Of a stretch of 36,790 nucleotides of DNA, positions 8,641 through 17,409 are shown one piece after another. Position 1 is the stretch's first letter; each line of letters starts with the position of its first letter. The position numbers were made by a program, and so were the translations under genes. Source of the stretch: an uncultured Cellvibrionaceae bacterium (lineage in GTDB: Bacteria > Pseudomonadota > Gammaproteobacteria > Pseudomonadales > Cellvibrionaceae). The stretch lies in assembly GCA_964540505.1 (NCBI GenBank), contig CAZING010000004.1:2321-39110 (forward strand), given 5' to 3'. The notes beneath the pieces are model-generated. The model was not told the origin of the DNA. It searched no databases and saw only the letters and a program-made list of their open reading frames with translations.

Positions 8641-8940
8641 CTAGGGAGCTTCCGGTGAATTGAGCGCCTGATCGAGGCGTTGGACGATGTGTTCGAGAGC
8701 GCTGCTGGAGGCCATCGCACCTTCGCCCGTCTGCGCCTGCTGAAGCTCGTGGCACAAATTCAGGGCGACCATCACCGCGATTCGGTCGGCACCGATCACG
8801 GCGCCTGAGTTACGCACCTTGCGCATGCGGGCGTCGAGTTCTTGGGCCGCGGAAAAAAGTGCGGCGCGCTCTTGGGTCGGACAAGTAACTTGGTATTCCT
8901 TGTCGAGGATCGAGACGTTAACTCTGGTATCTGGCTTCAT
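8641..8940 (-). CDS. zapA: cell division protein ZapA
   Basis: The 99-aa ORF contains VNVSILDKEYQVTCPTQERAALFSAAQELDARMRKVR...IAVMVALNLCHEL, which parallels E. coli ZapA (IFGRSLRVNCPPDQRDAL...). It has the canonical synteny with ssrS and ygfA. Confidence 0.9.
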   Translation of the reverse strand: MKPDTRVNVSILDKEYQVTCPTQERAALFSAAQELDARMRKVRNSGAVIGADRIAVMVALNLCHELQQAQTGEGAMASSSALEHIVQRLDQALNSPEAP

Positions 8941-9149
8941 TCGATCTTTTGCTCAAGCTGGGTCAGGCGGTCGATCATGGTTTCGATGCGCGCTTTGGCG
9001 ATCTCGTTTTTCTCGATCAGCCGGGCACGCTCGCCAAGCCAAGCCTGTTCTTTCGCTAGCAGGGCTTGGTGGTCGCGATTGAGGCGTTGGTAGCGCTTGA
9101 GTAACTCATCGAGTTTCGCATCGATTTGCGCGAGTAAGCGTTCTGACAT
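8937..9149 (-). CDS. small coiled-coil protein (TIGR02449-like; ZapB-like in composition)
   Basis: The 70-aa ORF is heptad-rich (LDELLKRYQRLNRDHQALLAKEQAWLGERARLIEKNEIAKARIETMIDRLTQLEQ). Its TGA overlaps the zapA ATG (ATGA at 8940..8937). The same small gene sits upstream of zapA in pseudomonads. Confidence 0.7.
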   Translation of the reverse strand: MSERLLAQIDAKLDELLKRYQRLNRDHQALLAKEQAWLGERARLIEKNEIAKARIETMIDRLTQLEQKIE

Positions 9150-9304
9150 TTGAATCGGAATCGTCCGGTCCCTAATAATATTTCAGCCACTATAGGGTCC
9201 GGGCAAATACCGGTCAAGCGCCCTCGCAATTGGCCGGTCCTGGACTCTGGTCGATCGTGTTAGCATAAGTCGTTTGGCTTATAGAGACGGTGGACCAAGT
9301 CTAT

Positions 9305-9853
9305 ATGAACAACAGCGTGGACTACGAATATTGGCACGATTTTCTTTATCGCGAAGGCGCCGTCTGCGCGCCTTCGCAACTTCACGGCGTAATTTGCGCA
9401 AGCGTCACCACCGGCGATGCGAATTGGGCGCGCTCGGCGTTGGAGGTGCTTGATATCCCGGGTGAAGATGCGAGCACAGCGTTGCATACAGCAATAGAGG
9501 CGTTAAGAGAAATAGTCGCCAAAACTTTGGCCGACGACAACTACGGGTTGGCATTACTGCTGCCCGACGATGCTCTTTCCATCGCTCAGCGAGGCGATGC
9601 GTTGGCCGAATGGTGTCAGGGCTATCTCTACGGTATGGGTCAATGCGGACAGTCGCTCGCGCAACCGCTGGGGGACGAAGGCAAAGAGGCCTTGGAAGAC
9701 ATCGCCCGAATCGCCGAGTTGGACACCGATTTAGAAGATTCCGATGCGAACGACAGCGACTATGTGCAGTTGGTGGAATTTGTTCGCATTGCAGTAATCA
9801 GTATCTTCAATTCGCTTAACCCCAATTCGGTTAAATCCGCTACACGGCACTGA
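9305..9853 (+). CDS. ygfB: UPF0149 family protein YgfB
   Basis: This is track ORF 9290..9853. It is an acidic protein of about 180 aa with the conserved-looking core AEWCQGYLYGMG. Its position directly upstream of pepP matches the ygfB-pepP-ubiH-ubiI arrangement. The start is either the ATG at 9305 or the GTG at 9290. Confidence 0.8.
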   Translation: MNNSVDYEYWHDFLYREGAVCAPSQLHGVICASVTTGDANWARSALEVLDIPGEDASTALHTAIEALREIVAKTLADDNYGLALLLPDDALSIAQRGDALAEWCQGYLYGMGQCGQSLAQPLGDEGKEALEDIARIAELDTDLEDSDANDSDYVQLVEFVRIAVISIFNSLNPNSVKSATRH

Positions 9854-9855
9854 AT

Positions 9856-11175
9856 ATGAAACTCAAAAAAACCGAATACGCGCAAAGACGGCAAGCGCTG
9901 ATGGCGCAAATGGCGCCCGACAGTATCGCGATACTGCCGGCGGCTAAAACGCACAACCGCAGCCGCGACACCGAATACTTTTTCCGCCAGGACAGCGATG
10001 TTTTGTATCTCACAGGTTTCGCCGAGCCAGAATCGGTGCTGGTGTTGGTGCCGGGGCGAGCGCACGGAGAATTTGTTCTTTTTTGCCGCGAGCGCGACCG
10101 CGCCAGAGAAATCTGGGACGGCCATCGCGCCGGCCCAGAGGGCGCTTGTCGAGACTACGGCGCCGATGACGCCTTTCCGATTGCGGATATAGATGAAATT
10201 CTTCCCGGTCTGCTCGAGGGCAGGCAGCGCGTGTATTATGCCATGGGTCGCGACGCCGAATTCGATCAGCGCATTATGGCTTGGGTAAACCGCATTCGGG
10301 CCCAGGCGCGAAGCGGCGCCACGCCTCCGGGCGAGTTTATCGACCTCAACCACTTTCTCCACGACCTGCGCTTATTTAAAAGCAGCGCCGAACAAAAGCT
10401 TATGGCCAAAAGTGCTGAGATCGCGGCCGCTGCGCATCGACGCGCCATGCGGGTCTGCAAGCCGGGGGTCACCGAGTACCAACTGGAAGCTGAAATTTTG
10501 CACAGCTTCGCCAGTGAGGGTGCGCGTTTTGCCGCTTACAACACCATAGTGGGCGGTGGCGCCAACGCTTGTATATTACACTACATCGATAACACCGAGA
10601 CCTTGGTCGATGGCGATCTTGTGTTGATCGATGCCGGCTGCGAATTTGAATACTACGCCTCAGATATCACGCGCACCTTTCCCGTCAACGGGCGGTTTTC
10701 CGAGCCGCAAAAGGCCCTGTACGAGCTGGTGCTAAAAGCTCAGGAGGCCGCATTGGCTGTGATAGCCCCCGGCAGACAGTGGCACGAGCCCCACGAGGCT
10801 TCGGTGGCGGTGATCACCGAGGGCCTGGTCGAGCTCGGCCTGCTCTCGGGGGAGCCCGCGCAATTAATCGAACAAGGCGTCTATAAAAAATATTACATGC
10901 ATCGCATTGGTCACTGGCTGGGGATGGATGTACACGATGTCGGTGACTACAAAGTCCACGGCCAATGGCGGGTTCTGGAGCCTGGCATGGTGATGACGGT
11001 GGAGCCGGGCATTTATGTTGCGTCAGACGATACGGACGTGGACGTCAAATGGCGAGGAATCGGTATACGCATCGAGGACGACGTCGTGATCACTAAAACC
11101 GGTTATAAGCTGTTAACCGACGGCGTGCCCAAGCGCGTCGCGGACATCGAAGCGCTAATGGCCGAGGGCGCATAA
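9856..11175 (+). CDS. pepP: Xaa-Pro aminopeptidase
   Basis: The 439-aa ORF has an N-terminal creatinase-like domain and M24 metal-ligand blocks (LIDAGCEFEYYASDITRTF, HRIGHWLGMDVHD, MVMTVEPGIY, GIRIEDD). Confidence 0.95.
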   Translation: MKLKKTEYAQRRQALMAQMAPDSIAILPAAKTHNRSRDTEYFFRQDSDVLYLTGFAEPESVLVLVPGRAHGEFVLFCRERDRAREIWDGHRAGPEGACRDYGADDAFPIADIDEILPGLLEGRQRVYYAMGRDAEFDQRIMAWVNRIRAQARSGATPPGEFIDLNHFLHDLRLFKSSAEQKLMAKSAEIAAAAHRRAMRVCKPGVTEYQLEAEILHSFASEGARFAAYNTIVGGGANACILHYIDNTETLVDGDLVLIDAGCEFEYYASDITRTFPVNGRFSEPQKALYELVLKAQEAALAVIAPGRQWHEPHEASVAVITEGLVELGLLSGEPAQLIEQGVYKKYYMHRIGHWLGMDVHDVGDYKVHGQWRVLEPGMVMTVEPGIYVASDDTDVDVKWRGIGIRIEDDVVITKTGYKLLTDGVPKRVADIEALMAEGA

Positions 11176-11176
11176 C

Positions 11177-12418
11177 GTGGCCGGCGCGACTGACACTCAT
11201 GGCGCAAGCGGCGAGCTTAAAGATGTGACCATAGTCGGAGGCGGCCTGGCCGGCGGGACGCTCGCACTTGCGTTCGCCAAAGCGCGCCCTGACCTTCGGG
11301 TCGCCTTGATCGAATCAAACACTTACGCCTTAGATGGTCAGGCGTTGCCTAGCTTTGACGAGCGCACGACGGCCGTATCGCCGACCAGTCAGCAGGTGTT
11401 TGCCGAGCTTGGTTTGTGGCCGGTGATGGCGCCTTTCGCGTCACCGATCCGCAATATTCATGTATCTGACCGCGGCCGAGCCGGGCTATTGCACATGAGT
11501 CCGGCCGACAACGATGGGCAGATGCTCGGTTACGTGATCAAAAATCGAGGCATGGGCGCGGCCTTGAGTACCGCGCTTGAGTCGAGCCGCATCGACCTTC
11601 GCGCCCCAGCCACCGCTTCAAAGATTCGGCCCATGGCCGGCGGTGTCGAACTCGCACTGGCCGATGGCGCCACTGTATTTAGCCGTTTACTTGTGATCGC
11701 CGACGGCGCCGACTCGCCTTTACGCCAACAGCTTGGCATCGGCGAAACCGTGCACGATTACCAACAGGTTGCCATAGTCAGCAGTGTGCGCATCAGTCGC
11801 GCCCATCACGCGACCGCTTACGAACGTTTCACCGAAGATGGCCCCGTCGCGCTGTTGCCGCTTGCGGACCATCAAGGCACGGCTTGTGGGCTTGTTTGGA
11901 CCTGTCGCGAAGCCGACGCGGCGCGCCTTCTGGCCATGCCTGAAGCCGAGTTCCTCGCGAAATTGCAAAGCGTTTTCGGCTTTCGGCTGGGCCGCTTTAC
12001 CTCATTGGGGCAGCGGCACGGTTACGCTCTGAAGCTTCGCCAGGCGCGCGAACAAGTACGCGCCAACCTTGTGTTGATGGGCAATGCGGCGCACTTTCTG
12101 CATCCTGTCGCCGGCCAGGGCTTTAACCTGGCACTGCGCGATAATCTGCGTTTGGTTGAAACGCTGAAAAATACCGCGGCCGCCGATTTTGGCCAACTTT
12201 CGAGCCTCCTCCAGTATCAGAAGGCACAAGCGCGCGACCAGGCGACCACAGTTTTCTTGAGCCATAATTTTGATCGCTTATTTCGCGAAACCAAAGTCGG
12301 CGTACCGCAATTGCGCACCCTCGGCTTTCTAATGTTGAATGCAGTGCCCGCTGTGCGGCAGCAATTTCTTCTGGCAATGTCCGGTCGGGCCAGCGCCAAA
12401 GCCCAACCTTGGAGTTAG
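11177..12418 (+). CDS. ubiH: FAD-dependent ubiquinone-biosynthesis hydroxylase (2-octaprenyl-6-methoxyphenol hydroxylase)
   Basis: The 413-aa ORF has the Rossmann motif VTIVGGGLAGG, DGADS and a GNAAHxxHPxAGQGxNLGxRD block. The UbiH assignment, as opposed to UbiF or UbiI, rests on its position after pepP. Confidence 0.85.
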   Translation: MAGATDTHGASGELKDVTIVGGGLAGGTLALAFAKARPDLRVALIESNTYALDGQALPSFDERTTAVSPTSQQVFAELGLWPVMAPFASPIRNIHVSDRGRAGLLHMSPADNDGQMLGYVIKNRGMGAALSTALESSRIDLRAPATASKIRPMAGGVELALADGATVFSRLLVIADGADSPLRQQLGIGETVHDYQQVAIVSSVRISRAHHATAYERFTEDGPVALLPLADHQGTACGLVWTCREADAARLLAMPEAEFLAKLQSVFGFRLGRFTSLGQRHGYALKLRQAREQVRANLVLMGNAAHFLHPVAGQGFNLALRDNLRLVETLKNTAAADFGQLSSLLQYQKAQARDQATTVFLSHNFDRLFRETKVGVPQLRTLGFLMLNAVPAVRQQFLLAMSGRASAKAQPWS

Positions 12419-12420
12419 AC

Positions 12421-13632
12421 ATGGAGCAACAGTTGTCCGCCGATTTGGCCATAGTCGGCGCGGGAGTGGTGGGCAGTGCTTTGGCGCTGGCCGCGGCGAT
12501 CAACCAACCGACGATAAAAATCGTGCTGGTCGATTCCGACGGTTTGCAAGCGCCGGTAAATCCTAGCGATGCGCAATACGACCCTCGCGTGGTGGCGCTC
12601 AACCACCGGTCCATTGAGTATTTAAAAACCCTTGGCGCTTGGAGCGAAGCGGTGCGCGCCCGAGCGTGCCCCTACAAGCATATGAGCGTCTGGGACGGCG
12701 AAGGCACCGCGCAGATCGATTTCAGCGCCGCCGAGCTGCATCGCGACTGCCTGGGGGTAATCGCGGAAAACAACCTGGTGGTCGGCGCGCTGCATGCGCG
12801 ACTGCGCGAGCTGGACAATTTGGTGGTGGTGCCGGCAGCGCTGGTCGGCCTCGAACCCTTCGCACAGGGCAGCCGCTTGGCGTTAAGTGACGGCAGCCGA
12901 CTCAATGCCAAGCTCACAGTCGGCGCGGACGGTGCCAATTCGAAAGTGCGCGCCCTGGTGGGGTTTGACTCTCGCCAGTGGCCCTACGCGCAAAGCGCGA
13001 TAGTGACCCGAGTACAATCGACGCTGCCTCACGGCGACACAGCTTGGCAGCGATTTACCGATTCCGGTCCTCTGGCCTTTTTGCCTTTGGCGGGTCACGA
13101 TGATCGCTATTGCTCTATCGTTTGGTCGCTTGAAACGGATCGAGCCCGCGAGATCGCCGCGCTTGATGATGGCGCATTTTGCAAAGCGCTCGGTCGCGCG
13201 TTCGAGCATAAACTTGGGGAGGTGCTCGGGTGCGATAAGCGCTACGAGCTGCCGCTTCGGCAAATGCACGTCACTCACTATTACCAGCCGAGGGTGGCGC
13301 TCGCGGGGGACGCCGCGCATACGATTCATCCGCTGGCGGGCCAGGGCGTCAACTTGGGCTTGCGGGACGTGGCGGTACTGGCTGAGGAACTTGACCGGGC
13401 CGGGCGGCGGGCGCTTTCGCTGTCAGAGCCTGCGACGCTGCGCCGCTACCAGAGGCGTGTGCAGGCGTACAACCTTTCCGCAATGGCCGCTATGGAGGCG
13501 TTCAGTTGGTTATTCGTAGGGCGCCAGTCGCGATGGCGGATTTTGCGTAATATGGGTATGACAAGCGTGGATCGCGCGCCGCCAGTGAAGCGAGAGTTGA
13601 TGCTTCTGGCGGCCGGTGACCGGTTTTTTTGA
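12421..13632 (+). CDS. ubiI: FAD-dependent ubiquinone-biosynthesis hydroxylase (UbiI/VisC-like)
   Basis: This is track ORF 12409..13632. The ATG at 12421 is preceded by GGAG (12411..12414) and lies 2 nt after the ubiH stop. Motifs are LAIVGAGVVG, GADGANS and GDAAHTIHPLAGQGVNLGLRD. The paralogue assignment is by synteny. Confidence 0.85.
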   Translation: MEQQLSADLAIVGAGVVGSALALAAAINQPTIKIVLVDSDGLQAPVNPSDAQYDPRVVALNHRSIEYLKTLGAWSEAVRARACPYKHMSVWDGEGTAQIDFSAAELHRDCLGVIAENNLVVGALHARLRELDNLVVVPAALVGLEPFAQGSRLALSDGSRLNAKLTVGADGANSKVRALVGFDSRQWPYAQSAIVTRVQSTLPHGDTAWQRFTDSGPLAFLPLAGHDDRYCSIVWSLETDRAREIAALDDGAFCKALGRAFEHKLGEVLGCDKRYELPLRQMHVTHYYQPRVALAGDAAHTIHPLAGQGVNLGLRDVAVLAEELDRAGRRALSLSEPATLRRYQRRVQAYNLSAMAAMEAFSWLFVGRQSRWRILRNMGMTSVDRAPPVKRELMLLAAGDRFF

Positions 13633-13634
13633 CA

Positions 13635-14948
13635 ATGCTCGAAGCCGATACCGATGTCATTGCCGAATACAAAAACTGGCTGATCTGCAGCGAATGCGGC
13701 ACCCTTCAAGAAAACTTTGCGCTTGATAATCGCACCGAAATCAGCTGCGTTAGGTGCGGTAAAACATTGCGCTCGGCCCGCGCCGCCTGGCTGGAGCTTT
13801 GCGCCGCGCTGACGTTCAGTTCGCTTTTGTTGTTCATATTAAGTAATACCTTCAATTTTTTGACCGTCGAAATCGCGGGCCAAGTACACAGCGCCACACT
13901 GCTAAGCGGCGTCAACGCGCTGCTTGTACACAATCAGTGGGTACTGGCGGGCTTGGTGTTGACCACTATTTTTCTTTATCCACTGTTTGAAATCGTGGCC
14001 CTTTTGTATGTGCTTGTCCCCTATCTTTGTCAAAGGCACGTGCGCGGGCAGGCCACCACTTTTCGCTGGCTTATAAAAGCAGCGCCCTGGAGTATGCTCG
14101 ATGTCTTTTTGCTTGGTGCGCTGGTCACCGCGGTCAAAATGGGCGACCTTGCCAAGGTCGAGGTGGGCGTTGGCGGCTATCTCTTTTTTGTACTGGTGGT
14201 GATGTTAAACCTCGCATTTCGGTTAATTGACCGCGAGCAAATTTGGAATTGGATCAACCCCAACAACTGCTACACGCAAGGTCGCCACAGCGAGCTTTAC
14301 GATTGCGAGTTGTGTAAAGCTTTGGTGTGCGTGTCGCTTGCCGAAAAGCTCGACAATTGCCCGCGCTGTCGCGCACCTCTGCACCGTCGCACGCCTCAAA
14401 GTTTGCAAAAGACGCTGGCGTTGCTGGTCGCCGCGACAATTTTGTACATTCCCGCGAACTTATTGCCGATCATGGTGTATTCCGAGCTTGACGTGAATTA
14501 CAGCGCAACGATCATGGCCGGGGTCATTGAGCTGGCCGAGAACAACCTCTGGGGCATAGCGACAATAGTTTTTATTGCGAGCGTGCTTGTGCCTGTGGCC
14601 AAGCTCTCCTCTATGTATTTTTTAATCTGGTCTATCCATAATCGCAAACGCAGTTGGATAAAACACCGAGCACTTCTGTACAGAATCACCGAGGTGATCG
14701 GACGTTGGTCCATGGTTGATGTGTTTGTTGTAACGCTGCTCACCGCGGTGGTGCAGTTCGGTTTTATTGGCGTGGTGCAACCGGGGCCCGCGCTGCTGCC
14801 TTTTGCGGGCGTGGTGCTTCTGACCATGCTCGCCGCGGAAGCTTTTGACCCGCGCCTTATATGGGACAGCGCCAAAGAGACCATCGCCTACCCGACGCCG
14901 CCTTCGGGGGCATCCAAGGCGCGTCAGGCTCCGTTGGGTGACCGCTGA
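13635..14948 (+). CDS. pqiA: paraquat-inducible protein A (PqiA), two-repeat inner-membrane protein
   Basis: There are two tandem PqiA-type halves. Each opens with a CxxC...CxxC zinc-ribbon (CSECGTL...CVRCGKTL and CELCKAL...CPRCRAPL) followed by four hydrophobic helices. pqiB and pqiC follow it. The ATG at 13635 is 2 nt after the ubiI stop, with a TTG at 13629 as an alternative. Confidence 0.9.
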   Translation: MLEADTDVIAEYKNWLICSECGTLQENFALDNRTEISCVRCGKTLRSARAAWLELCAALTFSSLLLFILSNTFNFLTVEIAGQVHSATLLSGVNALLVHNQWVLAGLVLTTIFLYPLFEIVALLYVLVPYLCQRHVRGQATTFRWLIKAAPWSMLDVFLLGALVTAVKMGDLAKVEVGVGGYLFFVLVVMLNLAFRLIDREQIWNWINPNNCYTQGRHSELYDCELCKALVCVSLAEKLDNCPRCRAPLHRRTPQSLQKTLALLVAATILYIPANLLPIMVYSELDVNYSATIMAGVIELAENNLWGIATIVFIASVLVPVAKLSSMYFLIWSIHNRKRSWIKHRALLYRITEVIGRWSMVDVFVVTLLTAVVQFGFIGVVQPGPALLPFAGVVLLTMLAAEAFDPRLIWDSAKETIAYPTPPSGASKARQAPLGDR

Positions 14949-15036
14949 GGTTTATTGCGCTTTCGGCATCGGCTGATCTCGGCGGGCGAACGGGGCATGG
15001 TGGTACCATAACAACTCAGTCTGAATCGGGGTATCA

Positions 15037-16656
15037 ATGGAAGTATTGAGGCCAAATATTAAACGTATGCGCTCGCTGTCGCCTGTTTGGATCATTCCGG
15101 TCGTCACGCTGTTGACGGGCATTTGGCTGGCTTTGCATTCTTGGCAAAAGCGCGGTGCCGACGTCGAAATTATTTTTAACGAAGCGCTCGGTATCACCGT
15201 CGGGCAAACGGAGGTGCGCCTCAAAGATGTCCCGGTCGGCAAGGTCACGCATATGCGCCTGTCGGAGGACCTTTCGAAAGTGATTGTGCGCGTCGCGCTC
15301 AACCAGCAGATCAACAAACACTTAAGCGAGAATTCGCGTTTTTGGCTGGTCCGCCCGCGCATCAGCACCTCGGGCATCTCGAACCTCGGCACGTTGATTT
15401 CCGGCGTGTATATCGTAATGGACCCGGGCAAACCCGGCGAGTACCACACCACCTTCGAGGGTCTCGAAGAGCCGCCCGCATTCAAATCCGACGATCAAGG
15501 CACTCAGTTTATTTTGCTCGCCGAGCAGCTCGGTTCTTTGGACATAGGCTCACCTGTTTATTATCGCAATGTGCGGGTGGGCGAAGTGACAGGTTACAAG
15601 TTCGGCGATTCGGGCTCGAATATCGAAATACGCGTGTTTATCGAGGCGCCGCACGACAAGCTGGTGTACACCCGCACGCATTTTTGGAACGTCAGTGGCT
15701 TTGACGTCACTATAGGCGCAGAGGGAATAAAAGCGAATGTGGCCTCAATAGCGTCGCTTATAAGCGGCGGCGTCGCGTTTGAAAACCCGGTCGGTTTTGG
15801 GGTGGCGACGGGGGCTTCGAGCAATCACAGGTTCAACCTGTACGCGGATAAAGAATCCATTGTCGATGGCCGCTTTACGCTGCAGTATTATTACTTGCTG
15901 AAGTTTTCCCATTCTGTGCGCGGGCTTTCGGTCGGCGCGCCTGTGGAGTTTCGCGGCATCAAAATCGGCGAGGTGCTTGAGGTAAAACTCGACGCGGTGA
16001 CCCGCGAAGAAGGCAGTTTGCATGTGATTGTGGCGATAGAGCCGCAACGGCTAATTGCCGACAACGAACCGAGTCGCGAGCAGTTCGACGACACTATGGC
16101 CGATCTTGTCAAAAAAGGCCTTCGCGCACAAATTCGCAACTCCAACATGATTACCGGGTCGCGCTATATCGCGCTCGGGTTCCCCGCGGTTAGTGCCGAT
16201 GCCGAACTTGTTCGCCTGAATCAATTCTCAGAGATACCCACGCAGGACAACGCGCTCGAGAATATCGACCAGCAGCTTGCCGAGGTCGCCAATAAAATCA
16301 GCAACCTACCGCTCGATAAGATCGGGCAGAACCTGGGTGAATCGCTGCAGCATTTGAACAATATTTTGGGCGTGTTCGACAACAAGCAAACCGCAGACGA
16401 GCTTCATAAGACTTTGGCGAATGTGAGCTCGGCGTCCGCGGAATTTCAGTCGCTTACCCAGCAAGTGGAACTGACGTTTGCCCAGCTTGAGACCACCATG
16501 GCGTCGCTCGACAGTTTGGTGGCGCCCGATTCGAACACCCAATATCAAATCGATCGCATGCTGCGGTCGGTCAAAGATGCCGCGGACACGCTGGAGGCGC
16601 TGATGCAGCAACTGCATGACAAGCCCGATGCACTGATTTTTGGAGGCGATCGATGA
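15037..16656 (+). CDS. pqiB: intermembrane transport protein PqiB (multi-MCE-domain protein)
   Basis: The 539-aa ORF has an N-terminal TM anchor (WIIPVVTLLTGIWLALH), three repeated MCE-like modules (GITVGQTEVRLKDVPVGKV, GSPVYYRNVRVGEV, GAPVEFRGIKIGEV) and a long C-terminal helical region. Confidence 0.9.
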   Translation: MEVLRPNIKRMRSLSPVWIIPVVTLLTGIWLALHSWQKRGADVEIIFNEALGITVGQTEVRLKDVPVGKVTHMRLSEDLSKVIVRVALNQQINKHLSENSRFWLVRPRISTSGISNLGTLISGVYIVMDPGKPGEYHTTFEGLEEPPAFKSDDQGTQFILLAEQLGSLDIGSPVYYRNVRVGEVTGYKFGDSGSNIEIRVFIEAPHDKLVYTRTHFWNVSGFDVTIGAEGIKANVASIASLISGGVAFENPVGFGVATGASSNHRFNLYADKESIVDGRFTLQYYYLLKFSHSVRGLSVGAPVEFRGIKIGEVLEVKLDAVTREEGSLHVIVAIEPQRLIADNEPSREQFDDTMADLVKKGLRAQIRNSNMITGSRYIALGFPAVSADAELVRLNQFSEIPTQDNALENIDQQLAEVANKISNLPLDKIGQNLGESLQHLNNILGVFDNKQTADELHKTLANVSSASAEFQSLTQQVELTFAQLETTMASLDSLVAPDSNTQYQIDRMLRSVKDAADTLEALMQQLHDKPDALIFGGDR

Positions 16657-17240
16657 AAAACGCGCGTTGGTTACTTTTGGGTTTGTTGCTGAGTGTGTCG
16701 GCCTGCAGCACCACCGGGGTGAAGAGCCAATACTATTCACTTTACGCGAGGCAAGCGTCGCCCGCGGGGCTCGAAGCGGTTGTGGCCGAACCTATGGGTA
16801 TAGGCCCGGTGCAGCTTCCAGGGCAATTGCAGCGTAAACAAATTCTCAGCTATAGCGCGGGGCAACAGGTGAAACTCGCCTCCCACGCGCTTTGGGCAGA
16901 AGACCTCGATACCCTAATTAGCCGCGTGCTCGCTCAGGATGTTTCCATATTGCTCGGCAACCCCCATGTGTTGTCCTATCCTTGGGGAGTACAGAAGCGG
17001 CCGAGCACTCGGGTGGCCATCACCATTTTGGAACTTGGTGGGCCTTTGGGGGGCGATATCAGCCTCGAAGCTCGCTGGCAGTTGCTCGGCGCGGACGGCG
17101 AGGAACGTTTACCGGGGTCGGCCCGTCTAAGTAAACAGACGCAAGACGCGTCCTACGAATGTTACGTGCGGACGATTAACGAGTTACTGAGTGAACTTGC
17201 CAGGGAAGTGGCGACCACACTCGAGCGCTCGGCGCGATAA
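16653..17240 (+). CDS. pqiC: PqiC (YmbA-like) outer-membrane lipoprotein of the Pqi system
   Basis: The 195-aa ORF has a lipoprotein signal with the lipobox LLLSVSAC. Its start overlaps the pqiB stop (ATGA). Its size and position match PqiC. Confidence 0.8.
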   Translation: MKNARWLLLGLLLSVSACSTTGVKSQYYSLYARQASPAGLEAVVAEPMGIGPVQLPGQLQRKQILSYSAGQQVKLASHALWAEDLDTLISRVLAQDVSILLGNPHVLSYPWGVQKRPSTRVAITILELGGPLGGDISLEARWQLLGADGEERLPGSARLSKQTQDASYECYVRTINELLSELAREVATTLERSAR

Positions 17241-17409
17241 CCGCAAACCGACTGCAGCAATTGTTGGTCTATTCGTACTATCATGTGGGGCGACACGTAA
17301 ATACTATCGTTTATCACCGGGTCGAGTCTCCAAGGGGTTTGGGTCCCAAAGCGGTTAGCGGGCGCCAAAACATTTACCACACTAGCTGATTCACAGGACA
17401 GGAGTAGCA

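Noticed and set aside
9760-10362. A 200-aa minus-strand ORF. Similar cases are 6381..6965 (-), 12123..12614 (-), 14952..15485 (-), 30058..30612 (-) and 3882..4352 (+)
   Set aside because: All are antisense to genes with strong family signatures (pepP, ilvA, ubiH/ubiI, pqiB, GH43, serA). They have Arg/Ala/Gly-biased, motif-free translations.
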